The notes beneath the pieces were generated by a model, which was not told the DNA's origin, ran no database searches, and was given only the letters and a program-made list of their open reading frames with translations. The translations under genes and the position numbers were made by a program. Shown here piece after piece: positions 51,739 to 61,205 of a DNA stretch of 64,000 bases. How positions within the stretch are numbered: position 1 is the first letter of the stretch; every line of letters begins with the position of its first letter. Origin of the DNA: an uncultured Bacillota bacterium (lineage in GTDB: Bacteria > Sysuimicrobiota > Sysuimicrobiia > Sysuimicrobiales > Segetimicrobiaceae); contig CAWDRG010000002.1 in assembly GCA_963804645.1 (NCBI GenBank), forward strand, positions 64,001-128,000. Reading direction: 5' to 3'.

Positions 51739-53046
51739 ATGAGCGACGCTCCGATGTCGGTGGCGGATGTCATGACCCCAACGACCGTGGCGGTGCCGGC
51801 GGAGGCGACCGTGACGACCGCGGTCGACCTGATGCTGCGGGAAGACCTGCCGGTGCTCCCGGTCGTGTCCGACGGGCGGGTCGTCGGGTTGGTCACGCCG
51901 ACGCAACTCCTGCGGTGGCCGAACCAGCGCCGCGTAAACGACATCATGACGACGCCGCTCCTGTGCGCGACCCCCGAGCTGTCGCTGGTGCAGGCCCACG
52001 GCGTCGCCACGCACCAGCGCCTCGAGGTCCTGCCGGTGACCCTGGACGGGCGCCTCGTCGGTCAGATCACGCTGCTCGCGATCCTGCAGGCCCAGGGCCA
52101 GCAGACAGATCCGCTGACGGGGCTGCCGTGGGCAACGGCGCTTCGGACGTGGGCCGCGTCCGCGCTGCGCCGGGGCCACGAGATGGCGATGGTGTTTGTC
52201 GATGTCGACAACTTCGGCGTGGTCAACAAAGCGCTCGGCCACGTGGAGGGCGACAAGATTCTTCGCGCGCTCGCGTCGCTGGTCGGGGCGTCGCTGGATC
52301 CGGGGAGCGATCTCTTGTGCCGCTACGGGGGGGACGAGTTCGCGATCGCCACCACGCGGGCGCACGACGCGGCCCGGGCGCTGGCCGCGCGCATCCAGCA
52401 GGACAGCGTCGTGCCCGCGGTGATCCGCGGCGCGACGCGGTACGTCACCGTGAGCGTCGGGTTTGCGGGGGGCCGCCGCGTGCATCCGCGCGGCGATGCG
52501 CACGTGGCCGCGACCGTGGACGATCTGCTGTCGATCGCGAGCCACGCCTCCACCGCGGCGAAGGAATCGTCCGAGCGCGCGCGGCGGACCGCGTGGGCGG
52601 ATGCCGGTCGGTGGGGACCGCCCGGGGGACCGTCGGACGAGGCACGGCTGCGCCTCGTCGAGGTGATCGTGTCCAAGGATCCGCAGTGGGCGACCGCTTC
52701 GGTGCAGCTGCGCCTGGGTCCGCTCGAGGGGACCGGGACCGCCGGGGCACCCGGCGCCCACGCGCAGCCGGCGCTGCTGGTGGCGCAGGCGACCGTCGCG
52801 GCCATCCTGCAGACGGTTGGCGATCGGTTCGTCTTCGCGGTCGACGAGCTCACGGAGGTGCCGACCCGCAGCGGGGTGCTCGCGGTGGTGGTCGTGAACA
52901 ACGGGTCGGATTCCACGCCGGGGTTCGTCGGCGCGGCGCGCGCCGCGGACCCATCCGATGCGGTCGCCAAGGCGGTGCTCGACGCCCTCAACCGCCCACT
53001 CGCCAAGCCGCTTGCGGAAATTCTCCGGAGGGCGGCGCACTCGTGA
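51739..53046 (+). CDS. CBS-pair + GGDEF domain protein with uncharacterised C-terminal domain
   Basis: Two CBS units, DPLTGL, DVDNF..VN..LGH..GD, RYGGDEF. Confidence 0.9.
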   Translation: MSDAPMSVADVMTPTTVAVPAEATVTTAVDLMLREDLPVLPVVSDGRVVGLVTPTQLLRWPNQRRVNDIMTTPLLCATPELSLVQAHGVATHQRLEVLPVTLDGRLVGQITLLAILQAQGQQTDPLTGLPWATALRTWAASALRRGHEMAMVFVDVDNFGVVNKALGHVEGDKILRALASLVGASLDPGSDLLCRYGGDEFAIATTRAHDAARALAARIQQDSVVPAVIRGATRYVTVSVGFAGGRRVHPRGDAHVAATVDDLLSIASHASTAAKESSERARRTAWADAGRWGPPGGPSDEARLRLVEVIVSKDPQWATASVQLRLGPLEGTGTAGAPGAHAQPALLVAQATVAAILQTVGDRFVFAVDELTEVPTRSGVLAVVVVNNGSDSTPGFVGAARAADPSDAVAKAVLDALNRPLAKPLAEILRRAAHS

Positions 53047-53115
53047 TCGCGCGCTCGGCCCGGGGGGCGGAGCTGGCCGGCGCGCGCGTCGGTCGCCACC
53101 GGGTCGGGGTCTGAC

Positions 53116-54309
53116 GTGGGTGCGGCGGGGGCGACGCCCGAGGAACGTCCCCGCCGGTCGGCCGACCCGGGGCCGCCCCGTCCCCCGCAGGGCTCACTCG
53201 GCGAAGTCGCCGCGGTGTTCCTGCGTCTCGGACTGACCGCCTTCGGTGGCCCCGCGGCGCACATTGCGATGATGCGCCGCGAGCTCGTTGAGCGGCGGCG
53301 GTGGCTCACCGACGACGCGTTCCTCGATCTCCTCGCCGTCGCAAACCTGCTCCCCGGGCCGAGCTCCACCGAGATGGCGATCTTTCTCGGCTACGTGCGC
53401 GCGGGCCCGCTCGCGCTCGTGCTCGCGGGAGCCCTATTCATCCTTCCCGCGATGGTGATGGTCCTCGGGTTCGCGTGGGCGTACGTGCGCTACGGCACGC
53501 TCCCCGCGGCGCAGTGGGTGCTGTACGGGATCAAACCCGTGATCATCGCCGTGATCGTCCAGGCGCTGTGGGGGCTCTCCCGCAGCGCGTTTCGGCAGCG
53601 GTGGCTCGCCGCGGTCGCGGCGGCGGTGGCCGGCCTGTACCTCATCGGCGCGAATGTCATCGTGCTGCTCGTGGGCGCAGGCATAGTCGTCGCGGCGGTG
53701 CGGACGGGGCGCCGCGGGGTCTCCGGCGCCGCGGCCGCCCTCCCGCCCCTGGCCGGCGCCGCGGCGATCTCCTCGGTGCCGTTTTCGCTGCCGACCCTCT
53801 TTTTCACGTTTCTGAAGATTGGGGCCGTGACGTTCGGCAGCGGATACGTGCTGCTCGCATTCCTGAGAAGCGACCTCGTCTTGCGCCTGCGCTGGCTCAC
53901 CGACCGGCAGCTGATCGACGCGGTCGCCGTCGGACAGTTCACGCCCGGTCCAGTGTTTACGACGGCGACGTTCATCGGCTACCTCACGGGCGGTCTCGGC
54001 GGCGCGCTGGTCGCGACGCTCGCGATCTTCCTGCCGGCGTTTGTGCTCGTCCCGCTCGCCTATCCGCTGATCCCGCGCTTCCGACGATCCCCGGCCGCGG
54101 GGGCGTTTCTCGACGGGGTGACGGCGGGCGCGCTCGGGCTGATGGCAGGCGTTACCTGGCAGCTCGCGCGTGCCGGGATCGTGGACACCGCGACCGCGGT
54201 GCTCGCCGTCGTGGCGTTCGGAGTATTGCTTCGGTTCCGCATCAACTCTGCCTGGGTGGTGCTGGGAGGGGCCGTCGTCGGCGCCGCGGTCCGGGCCCTG
54301 GCCCGATAG
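53116..54309 (+). CDS. chrA: chromate efflux transporter (CHR family)
   Basis: FGGPAAH, LLPGP, FGSGY, FTPGP. Confidence 0.92.
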   Translation: MGAAGATPEERPRRSADPGPPRPPQGSLGEVAAVFLRLGLTAFGGPAAHIAMMRRELVERRRWLTDDAFLDLLAVANLLPGPSSTEMAIFLGYVRAGPLALVLAGALFILPAMVMVLGFAWAYVRYGTLPAAQWVLYGIKPVIIAVIVQALWGLSRSAFRQRWLAAVAAAVAGLYLIGANVIVLLVGAGIVVAAVRTGRRGVSGAAAALPPLAGAAAISSVPFSLPTLFFTFLKIGAVTFGSGYVLLAFLRSDLVLRLRWLTDRQLIDAVAVGQFTPGPVFTTATFIGYLTGGLGGALVATLAIFLPAFVLVPLAYPLIPRFRRSPAAGAFLDGVTAGALGLMAGVTWQLARAGIVDTATAVLAVVAFGVLLRFRINSAWVVLGGAVVGAAVRALAR

Positions 54310-54638
54310 TGGACCCCACCGAGCGGTCGCTCCGCTCGGCGCTCGCCCCACCCACCGGTCTCTCTGCCTGCCTCGGGACCCGCGCCCGCGCCCATGACCA
54401 CCCCGCGTGCCTCGGGATCACGACCGCCGCGGTGGTCGCTCGCCGTGCGATGCGCCGCGCCGACACCGCGCTGCGGCCGTCGCCCCCAAGGACGTCCGGA
54501 CGCATCGCCGCGTGCGGCTGGCTGAGCGTGTGGAGTGCGTATCGGGGCGTGATGCCGCGAGGGCCGCGTCCGATCCTCACCCTGGCACGACGCCGCGCAG
54601 CAACGGGCGGGCTCAGGCCGTTCGGGGCATGACACCGC

Positions 54639-54671
54639 GAAGCGGTGGGAGGTGCATCCCCCCACCGCTTC
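54639..54671. terminator. inverted repeat between convergent chrA and fasciclin genes
   Basis: GAAGCGGTGGG...CCCACCGCTTC. Confidence 0.55.
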
Positions 54672-54721
54672 AACGCAACAGTGTGACTCGCACGACGACG
54701 CGCTGGCGTCGCGGAGTGCGC

Positions 54722-55333
54722 TTACATCTTGGGCATGATCACCGTGTCGATTCCCTGGACGATTCCGTTGGCCACCTTCAGGTCGGCCCAGTTGATCGCC
54801 GCGCCGTTGACCGTGTAGACCTGCCCGCCGGATGACGTCGTGCCCCGGTTACCGGACAGCATCGTCCCAGACATCATGGCGTTGCTCGTCGCGAAGGTGA
54901 GCGTGCCGCCCTCGGCCGACGTCGCCGTCTTGATCTTGAGAAGGTCCGAAACCGTGTAGGCATGGCCGGTGATCACGAGACCCTTCAAAAACGACACGAG
55001 CTTCGCCTTATCGGTGATCAGCGTGTTGAGCTGCGCAGACGGCAGCTTGCCGAACGCGCGGTCATCGGGTGCGAACACGGTCAGCGGGCCTTGTGCCTTC
55101 ATGGTGGCAGCAATCCCCGCGTAGTTGATCGCCTTGAGCAGGGTGGAGAAGTGCTCCTTCGGATCAGCCGCGGCCGGGGCCGGGCTCGTGAAGACATCCA
55201 TAGGCGTCTGCCAAGCGCCGCTCGAATTCTGAGCCTGCGCCGGGTTCACTTGGATACCACCCGCCACCAGCAGGGCCCCCGTCGCCAAGAGCAGTGCACC
55301 AATCGTGAGTTTCCGCAATAACGTCATGCCCAT
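54722..55333 (-). CDS. secreted fasciclin (FAS1) domain protein
   Basis: Signal peptide, FSTLLKAI, TVFAPDDRAF (H1), NGIVQGIDTVI (H2). Confidence 0.9.
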   Translation of the reverse strand: MGMTLLRKLTIGALLLATGALLVAGGIQVNPAQAQNSSGAWQTPMDVFTSPAPAAADPKEHFSTLLKAINYAGIAATMKAQGPLTVFAPDDRAFGKLPSAQLNTLITDKAKLVSFLKGLVITGHAYTVSDLLKIKTATSAEGGTLTFATSNAMMSGTMLSGNRGTTSSGGQVYTVNGAAINWADLKVANGIVQGIDTVIMPKM

Positions 55334-55594
55334 CTCCCTTCTCTACTCGGAATGAATTGATGATCTCCGACGGGCGAGCATCGCTCGATCGAAGACCCCC
55401 TGCTCGAACCTGAACACACGGCGGACCAGGCCGGAAACGCCACTCGGTCATGCACCTCGCTCGAAGGATCCTCCCCGCAGAACGCCTAGGCATCCGTGTA
55501 TCTACAACCGGAGAATCAGGCACACGGTCTCGCTATCCTCAAGAGAATGGTATTGAATGCGCCGTGCCCCCACCATAGGGTCCTGACAGTATCT

Positions 55595-55622
55595 ATTATA
55601 CGTTAGATTTGGCGAGATTTGG
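55595..55622 (-). promoter_or_regulatory. putative fasciclin promoter: TATAAT -10 with tandem AGATTTGG direct repeat
   Basis: ATTATA at 55595-55600 (TATAAT on minus); AGATTTGG at 55605 and 55615. Confidence 0.45.
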
Positions 55623-55801
55623 TGGTTTTCCCTCCAAGGTCGGGTGTTGCGGGGACGCGTCATGACGGCTCCTGTTTTTGCATCCGGAGACACCCGCGCG
55701 TAGGGCGGCCCAACCGGAGACGTGCGCGGATCGCGAGGGAACGGACGCGGGGCACAGGCCCGATCTTGGGAGTCAGGGGAAGATCTCGACGTCCACAGAG
55801 A

Positions 55802-55843
55802 CGTCAAACGCGCGGACGGATCCCCCCGGCCGCGCGTTTGACG
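55802..55843. repeat. 14-bp inverted repeat
   Basis: CGTCAAACGCGCGG...CCGCGCGTTTGACG. Confidence 0.6.
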
Positions 55844-55875
55844 ATTACAAAACCCAGGTAGTGCGTGGAACAACT

Positions 55876-55918
55876 ACACGGGGGCCGAAAGTGCCCGGAA
55901 GACCTCCGGCCCCCGTGT
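55876..55918 (-). terminator. probable terminator of the pilin gene
   Basis: ACACGGGGGCCG...CGGCCCCCGTGT immediately after the stop codon. Confidence 0.65.
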
Positions 55919-55920
55919 GA

Positions 55921-56385
55921 TCAGCAGCCGACAGGAAGACAGGTTTCGGTGGACTGTCCTTGGTTCGTCCCGCTGACGAACATCGTCACCGTGTAGGTTT
56001 CACCATTCTCCAACCCCACGTTGTTCGACGGCCACGACACGGTCAGGTCCGGCGCCGTGGTACCGGACACCGTTCCGACGTTGTAGGTGGCGCCGGGAGT
56101 GCCCGAGACCCAGTTCCAGTACTTGCCGGCCTGCTCGTTGAACCCAATCGTGGCGTTGCTCTGGCACTGCGTGACATCGAGCGTCTGCAGGTAGCAGCCA
56201 TAGGCCAGCGAGCGCCACTCCTGCGCCATCCCGTTGGCCTCGTCGATCGCGGCCTTGTTACGGGCGCCCAGGTAGGACGGCAGGGCCAGTGCCACGAGCA
56301 GCGCGAGCACCGCTGCGACCACGACGAGCTCGATCAGCGTGAAGCCTAACTCGTTCCCGCTCCCCTTCTGCAACCGCTTCAACAT
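55921..56385 (-). CDS. type IV pilin-like protein
   Basis: Class III signal G|FTLIELVVV, hydrophobic helix, C-terminal CLPVGC; GGAG RBS. Confidence 0.9.
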   Translation of the reverse strand: MLKRLQKGSGNELGFTLIELVVVAAVLALLVALALPSYLGARNKAAIDEANGMAQEWRSLAYGCYLQTLDVTQCQSNATIGFNEQAGKYWNWVSGTPGATYNVGTVSGTTAPDLTVSWPSNNVGLENGETYTVTMFVSGTNQGQSTETCLPVGC

Positions 56386-56495
56386 ACAATCTCCCCCCTC
56401 TACTGTCCTACCATATGCGGGTGGATGCCCCAGCCGCCCGCGGACCCTCCCACCCGGTCGATGTCTGAGACCTAGTGCCATTGGGCATAACACTA

Positions 56496-56566
56496 AGTCC
56501 TTTAGTACCATGTCCTTTAGTACCATACGAGGGCTGGGACCTTTGAGCAATAGGACTTTTGGACCA
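56496..56566. promoter_or_regulatory. array of repeated operator-like sites upstream of pilin
   Basis: Exact 15-bp tandem GTCCTTTAGTACCAT x2 (56497-56526) and related AGGACTTTTGGACC (56552-56565). Confidence 0.55.
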
Positions 56567-56672
56567 ACTCGCCCGATTCGAGTTTAGGAATTTTTGTTAT
56601 GGGAACGTTATAAAACACGCTCTCTGTCGCGACACGTGGGAGCAGACGTTCGAGCGTGGATCCGGCGCGACC

Positions 56673-57464
56673 CTACTGCATCGAGCGCGTGGCCCCGCCG
56701 TCAATCACGATCGTGGTCCCCGTCACGTAGCTGGCCTGGTCGGAGGCCAGAAACACCGCGACGTTCGCAAACTCCTGAGGGTCTCCGTAGCGCCCGGCGG
56801 GGATCAGCGCGACGGCCTCCTGCTCCGCCTGCTCGACGCTCGTGCCAGCCGCGTTGGCCGCCGCCTCGTCGATCGCGCGCACCCGTGCGGTGCGGATCCG
56901 GCCGGGCGCGAGGTTATTGACGAGAATCTTGTACGGCGCCAGTTCGAACGACAGCGTCTTCGTCAGCGCCACCACGCCGGAACGAAACACGTTGCTCAGG
57001 ACGAGGTTGGCGATCGGCACCTTCACCCCCGAGGTGATCACCGTGATGATGCGTCCGCCCCCCTGCGCCTTCATCGGTCCGACCGCCCCTCGAATCAGCC
57101 GCACCGCGCTCATAAGATTCTGCTGGAACGCCTGCTCCCACTGCGCGTCGGTCAGCGTGAGGCCTGATCCAGGGGGCGGTCCGCCGGCGTTGCAGACGAG
57201 GATGTCCAAGCGGCCGAACTCCGCGGTCGCGGCGCCGAGCAGCCGGTCGACGCCTTCCGGGTGCGACACGTCCGCGACGAGACCCACCGCCTTCCGTCCC
57301 GTTTTGGCGGTGATCTCCGCGGCCGCGCGGCGGATCATCTCGTCGCGCCGACTGCCCAGCACGACACTTGCCCCGGCGTCCGCCAGCCCCTCGGCAATGG
57401 CCCGTCCGATCCCGGCGCTCGCGCCCGAGACCACCGCGACACGCCCTGTCAAATCAATCTTCAT
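56673..57464 (-). CDS. SDR family oxidoreductase
   Basis: SGASAGIG, NAGGPPPG, LSNVFR, IDGG. Confidence 0.92.
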   Translation of the reverse strand: MKIDLTGRVAVVSGASAGIGRAIAEGLADAGASVVLGSRRDEMIRRAAAEITAKTGRKAVGLVADVSHPEGVDRLLGAATAEFGRLDILVCNAGGPPPGSGLTLTDAQWEQAFQQNLMSAVRLIRGAVGPMKAQGGGRIITVITSGVKVPIANLVLSNVFRSGVVALTKTLSFELAPYKILVNNLAPGRIRTARVRAIDEAAANAAGTSVEQAEQEAVALIPAGRYGDPQEFANVAVFLASDQASYVTGTTIVIDGGATRSMQ

Positions 57465-57755
57465 CGCATCCTCCCCTGAGTGCAGTCACGCTGGATCGGC
57501 CCCGCCGGAGGTCGGGTCACCGTCTGGACGCGGCCCGCCGTGCCCCGGGTGGTCCGCTGGAACGAGCCCCCGGTGGGCACGGTAGCGTTGTGACAAATCT
57601 ACTCTTGTGGTTCTCCCATGTCTACGTGTAAGGGCCACGCATCACGCGCGGCGCCCCGGGAGGAGTTCGCCATCCGCGCTTCGAACGAGTGCGGGACGGT
57701 GACTGTGCTGAGCGATGCACCGAACCCAGACGAGCCGCGGCCGCAACAACCGTAG

Positions 57756-59003
57756 ATGATACCGACCAGCGCACGCCGCTTCCTCTGCGCCGTGGCCGTG
57801 ATGGGCGTGTGCGCGCTCGTGTGCGCGGGCATCGGCGGCGCCCAGGATATCAAGCCGCTCACGGTCAGCGTCACCGGCGGTCCGGCCCCGGTCGAAACCC
57901 TTCGGCTGGCACTGGAGACCGCCGTCCGCGCGGCCCTCCCCGAAGCCCGGGAAGCCCAGATCGATGTGGTCGCCGTCGCGCCGGCGCTGGCGCCGCTGAA
58001 CGCCGGCGCGAGCGCCAGCGTGCGCGCGACGGTAGTGATCTCGTCGATCTCGGGACCGACGCTGCGCCGCACGCTCCCGGTCGTGTTCACGAACGCGATC
58101 CAGCCCTGGTCCGACGCGCAGGTGATGCTCGTGAGCAACAGTCCCGAGACGCTGCCGTTCGGCAAAGTCTTGTACAACGGCACGCTGGTCTCCGGGCAGA
58201 TCGCCCGCCTCCTCTACCACCACCAGAACGGCTCGAAGACCGACACCATGACGTTTGAGGTGACGCTGAGCAATCCGACGTCGGGACCGCTGACGCTCTG
58301 GGTGACCGGCGCCGACGCCGGCCCCGCGTCGAACGAGGTCGTCGTCGGGCACGCGGCGGCCCTCAGGTTTCTCGATCAGGAGACCTTGCACGCCGGCTTC
58401 GGGATGACGATCCCACCCAACACCACGATGCCGCTGTTCGTCCAGAACGTGGCCCCGCTCGGGCTCGTGAGCGGCGTCGCGCAGGTGGCGCTGGTGACGG
58501 GCGATCGCCTCAACCTGCAGGTCGTCGCACGGCTGGGCGGGGAAGCGGATCCCCCGACGGCGAGCTACGCTCCGGACTTCGATGCGACCCACCAGCGCGG
58601 CGCGTTCGGACAGCCGGCGATCGTGCGGGCGCTCCAGTACGCGGCCGGCGGGCCGCCGCTGGTCATGACGCTGGCTGCCGACGCGGACCTGCTGCGGGGC
58701 GCGTCGAACGTGGCGCTGCAGGGCAATTACGGGGTCGTCTACACGTTCAACGTGGAGGTGTCGAACCCGACCGACGCGCCCGTCGTGGCCTCGCTCGTGA
58801 TGCACGCCGACGGGGGCCAAGCCCGGGGCGCATTCGTCGTCGACGGGCAGCTCGTGGACGGCCCCCTGGTCGAGGCGAATGCGCCGCAGCTCGTCACCAC
58901 CGTGCGTTTGCCCCCCGGACTGACGCGGACGCTCCAGATCATCACGATGCCGGAGAGCGGGTCCAACTACCCGGTGCGCCTGCTGCTCGGCCCCGCCCCG
59001 TAG
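57756..59003 (+). CDS. secreted hypothetical protein
   Basis: Signal peptide, SNSPE, LLYHHQN and GNYGVVY motifs; good codon usage. Confidence 0.7.
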   Translation: MIPTSARRFLCAVAVMGVCALVCAGIGGAQDIKPLTVSVTGGPAPVETLRLALETAVRAALPEAREAQIDVVAVAPALAPLNAGASASVRATVVISSISGPTLRRTLPVVFTNAIQPWSDAQVMLVSNSPETLPFGKVLYNGTLVSGQIARLLYHHQNGSKTDTMTFEVTLSNPTSGPLTLWVTGADAGPASNEVVVGHAAALRFLDQETLHAGFGMTIPPNTTMPLFVQNVAPLGLVSGVAQVALVTGDRLNLQVVARLGGEADPPTASYAPDFDATHQRGAFGQPAIVRALQYAAGGPPLVMTLAADADLLRGASNVALQGNYGVVYTFNVEVSNPTDAPVVASLVMHADGGQARGAFVVDGQLVDGPLVEANAPQLVTTVRLPPGLTRTLQIITMPESGSNYPVRLLLGPAP

Positions 59004-59040
59004 CCGCCGCCCGGACTCACGCGCGGCGTCGGGCCACACG

Positions 59041-60510
59041 CTATCGAGGTTCGAGCGGGACAAACGTCTCCGAGGCGCCGATGCCCGTCCACCGGACGGG
59101 CCGGCCGTCGATCACGCCGGAGATATCATCCGTGGTTCTCAGCTGGAGAAACGCCCGATCAAGCGGTGCCCCCGGCGCGCGCGCGGCCCCGAGGGGGGCG
59201 CTTGCGAGCCCGTCCCAGACGCGGACGTCCACCCGGACGTGGTCGCCGCCGTTCGTCGCCTCGAGCGTGATCGCCCCGGGGATTTTGACCGGGTGCCCGT
59301 CGAGCGTCGGGCCGGTATGCCAGCCCGTGTACGCCGTGCGCCGGATCTCGAACACGCCGACGAAGCCGTCCCGCCCCGAGCCAGTCGGAGCCCAGAGAAA
59401 CAGCGCCGCCGGGCGGGCCGCCGCCTCGGACGTCCCCGGCCCGTACAGCGCGCCGTACAGCAGCGCGCCGTGCTGCCCGGACGCTTCGCCCCACTCCCAC
59501 GTCACGTCGCGCCACGTGCCCCAGTTGTGGTCGTGGTAGGCGGGCGCGTCCCGCAGCTGGATCGACGCATCGCCCGTCTGAATCGACCCCGACATCGTGC
59601 CTCCGACGACGGGCACGACGTAGCCTGAGATCAGCGCGCGGCCGGCGGCCTCCACGGGAGGAAGGTACCGTCCCGGGGCCGGGGTGACCGTGAGGTCCAG
59701 TTGGAGGCGCGGATCGCGGACCGTAACGCGGTAGGTCCCGGACACGACCCAGACGCGCGCCGGCCCGATGCGCTGCGAGGCGGAGGTCGTCGAGATTCCG
59801 CCGGGATCGAGCGACGCGGGAAGCGCGAGGTCCTCGACCGGCCGGCCCGGCCGGCGCAGCCGGAAGAGGACCGCGCCCTTCCCCTCGCCACCCGCCACCA
59901 CCGTCAGGTAGCCATACGTCCGCGAGGAGGGATCCACGAAATTGAAATAGTCCCACTCCGCCCAACTGGGACGGGCGGAGGCGGCCGGTGCGTGGAATCG
60001 GTCGATCTCGTTGTAGAGGGCGTCCGACGTCGGGTCCCTCCACGCCAGGTCCGACGGCGTGTCGGCCGCGCCTGTGACCGCCCCCGGGACGCCGACCGCG
60101 CGATCGAGGGACGGGATGCCGGCCGATGCGATGGCCAGCCGCACTCCGCCCCGAGTCCGGACGTAGATCTGTCGATCACGCAGCTCGGGCGCCGCCGCGG
60201 CGATCAACGGCCCGACGCGCGGCCCCTCCAGCACGTCCCCGACCACGAACGCGGCGGAGGGAATCGTGAGGTAGAGGCCTGTGACCCCGTTGACCGCGAG
60301 CACCCCGGGGTCGACCCCCTCCGGCAGCAGGACCAGATCGCCTCCGGCCGCGAGGTTCGGATCGCGGGCCTGGCTGAGGAGGGCCTCGCCGACCGACAGC
60401 AGCGCGATCATGACGGCCACACCCATCCCGTAGCCGACCAGCAGCAGCACGGCCCGCGCCGGCCGGTCGGCGAGGCTGCGCCACGCGAGCATCCACACCG
60501 CGCGCGTCAT
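59041..60510 (-). CDS. ABC-permease-type N-terminus fused to an AttH/CrtC-like (lipocalin-fold) domain
   Basis: MacB-like first TM (LAWRSL...[12 protein letters not shown]), [19 protein letters not shown]. Confidence 0.7.
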   Translation of the reverse strand: MTRAVWMLAWRSLADRPARAVLLLVGYGMGVAVMIALLSVGEALLSQARDPNLAAGGDLVLLPEGVDPGVLAVNGVTGLYLTIPSAAFVVGDVLEGPRVGPLIAAAAPELRDRQIYVRTRGGVRLAIASAGIPSLDRAVGVPGAVTGAADTPSDLAWRDPTSDALYNEIDRFHAPAASARPSWAEWDYFNFVDPSSRTYGYLTVVAGGEGKGAVLFRLRRPGRPVEDLALPASLDPGGISTTSASQRIGPARVWVVSGTYRVTVRDPRLQLDLTVTPAPGRYLPPVEAAGRALISGYVVPVVGGTMSGSIQTGDASIQLRDAPAYHDHNWGTWRDVTWEWGEASGQHGALLYGALYGPGTSEAAARPAALFLWAPTGSGRDGFVGVFEIRRTAYTGWHTGPTLDGHPVKIPGAITLEATNGGDHVRVDVRVWDGLASAPLGAARAPGAPLDRAFLQLRTTDDISGVIDGRPVRWTGIGASETFVPLEPR

Positions 60511-61205
60511 ACGATAGCGCCGTCCTTCATGCGAATCCGCCGGTCCGCGTCCGCCGCCAACTCGGGGTTGTGGGTGACGACCACGACGGCGATGTCGTCC
60601 TGCGTGAGGCTCCGCAGCAGGTGCCCGATCTCGCGCCCCGTCGCCTCGTCCAATTCTCCGGTCGGCTCGTCGGCCAGCACCAGCGCGGGGCGGTTCGCGA
60701 GCGCCCGTGCGATCGCGACCCGCTGCATCTCTCCCCCGCTGAGCTGCCCGGGTCGGTGGTCGAGCCGCGCGGCGAGCCCCACGCGGTCGAGCAGCGCGCG
60801 CGCGCGCGCGCGCCGCTCAGGCGTCGGGACACCCGCTTCCATCATCGGGAGTCCCACGTTTTCCTCGGCGGTCAGCATCTGCAGCAGGAAGAACCGCTGA
60901 AACACGAATCCGACTTGGCGCAGGCGCAACCGCGCGAGTCCCGCATCGGTCAGCGCCACGGTGTCGTGCCCGAGCAGCGTCACCCTGCCCGCGCTCGGGG
61001 TGTCGACGCCGCCGAGCAGGTGGAGGAGCGTGGACTTTCCGCAGCCGCTCGGCCCGACGATGGACAGGTACGCGCCGCGCTCGATGTCGAGGCTGACGCC
61101 CCGCAGCGCGTGCACGGTGCCCCCCGGCATCCGGTAGTCCTTGGCGATGTCGCGAGCGGAGGCGACGACGCGATCGCCGGCCGGTCGGCCCGCGGCACCC
61201 GTCAC
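60507..61205 (-). CDS. ABC ATPase, LolD/MacB type
   Basis: [33 protein letters not shown]. Confidence 0.93.
   Translation of the reverse strand: MTGAAGRPAGDRVVASARDIAKDYRMPGGTVHALRGVSLDIERGAYLSIVGPSGCGKSTLLHLLGGVDTPSAGRVTLLGHDTVALTDAGLARLRLRQVGFVFQRFFLLQMLTAEENVGLPMMEAGVPTPERRARARALLDRVGLAARLDHRPGQLSGGEMQRVAIARALANRPALVLADEPTGELDEATGREIGHLLRSLTQDDIAVVVVTHNPELAADADRRIRMKDGAIV

Noticed and set aside
49188..53114. 1308-aa plus-strand ORF and similar long Arg/Gly-rich ORFs elsewhere (30141-32744, 3394-5535, 7250-9235)
   Set aside because: Alternative-frame or antisense shadows of real genes, expected at this GC content
57588..57605. CRP/FNR-like site TTGTGACAAATCTAC between the SDR and the secreted protein
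   Set aside because: Only one good half-site; not distinguishable from chance
60794..60813. (GC)n run in the ABC ATPase as a phase-variation tract
   Set aside because: It encodes an ordinary RARAR helix in frame in a high-GC gene
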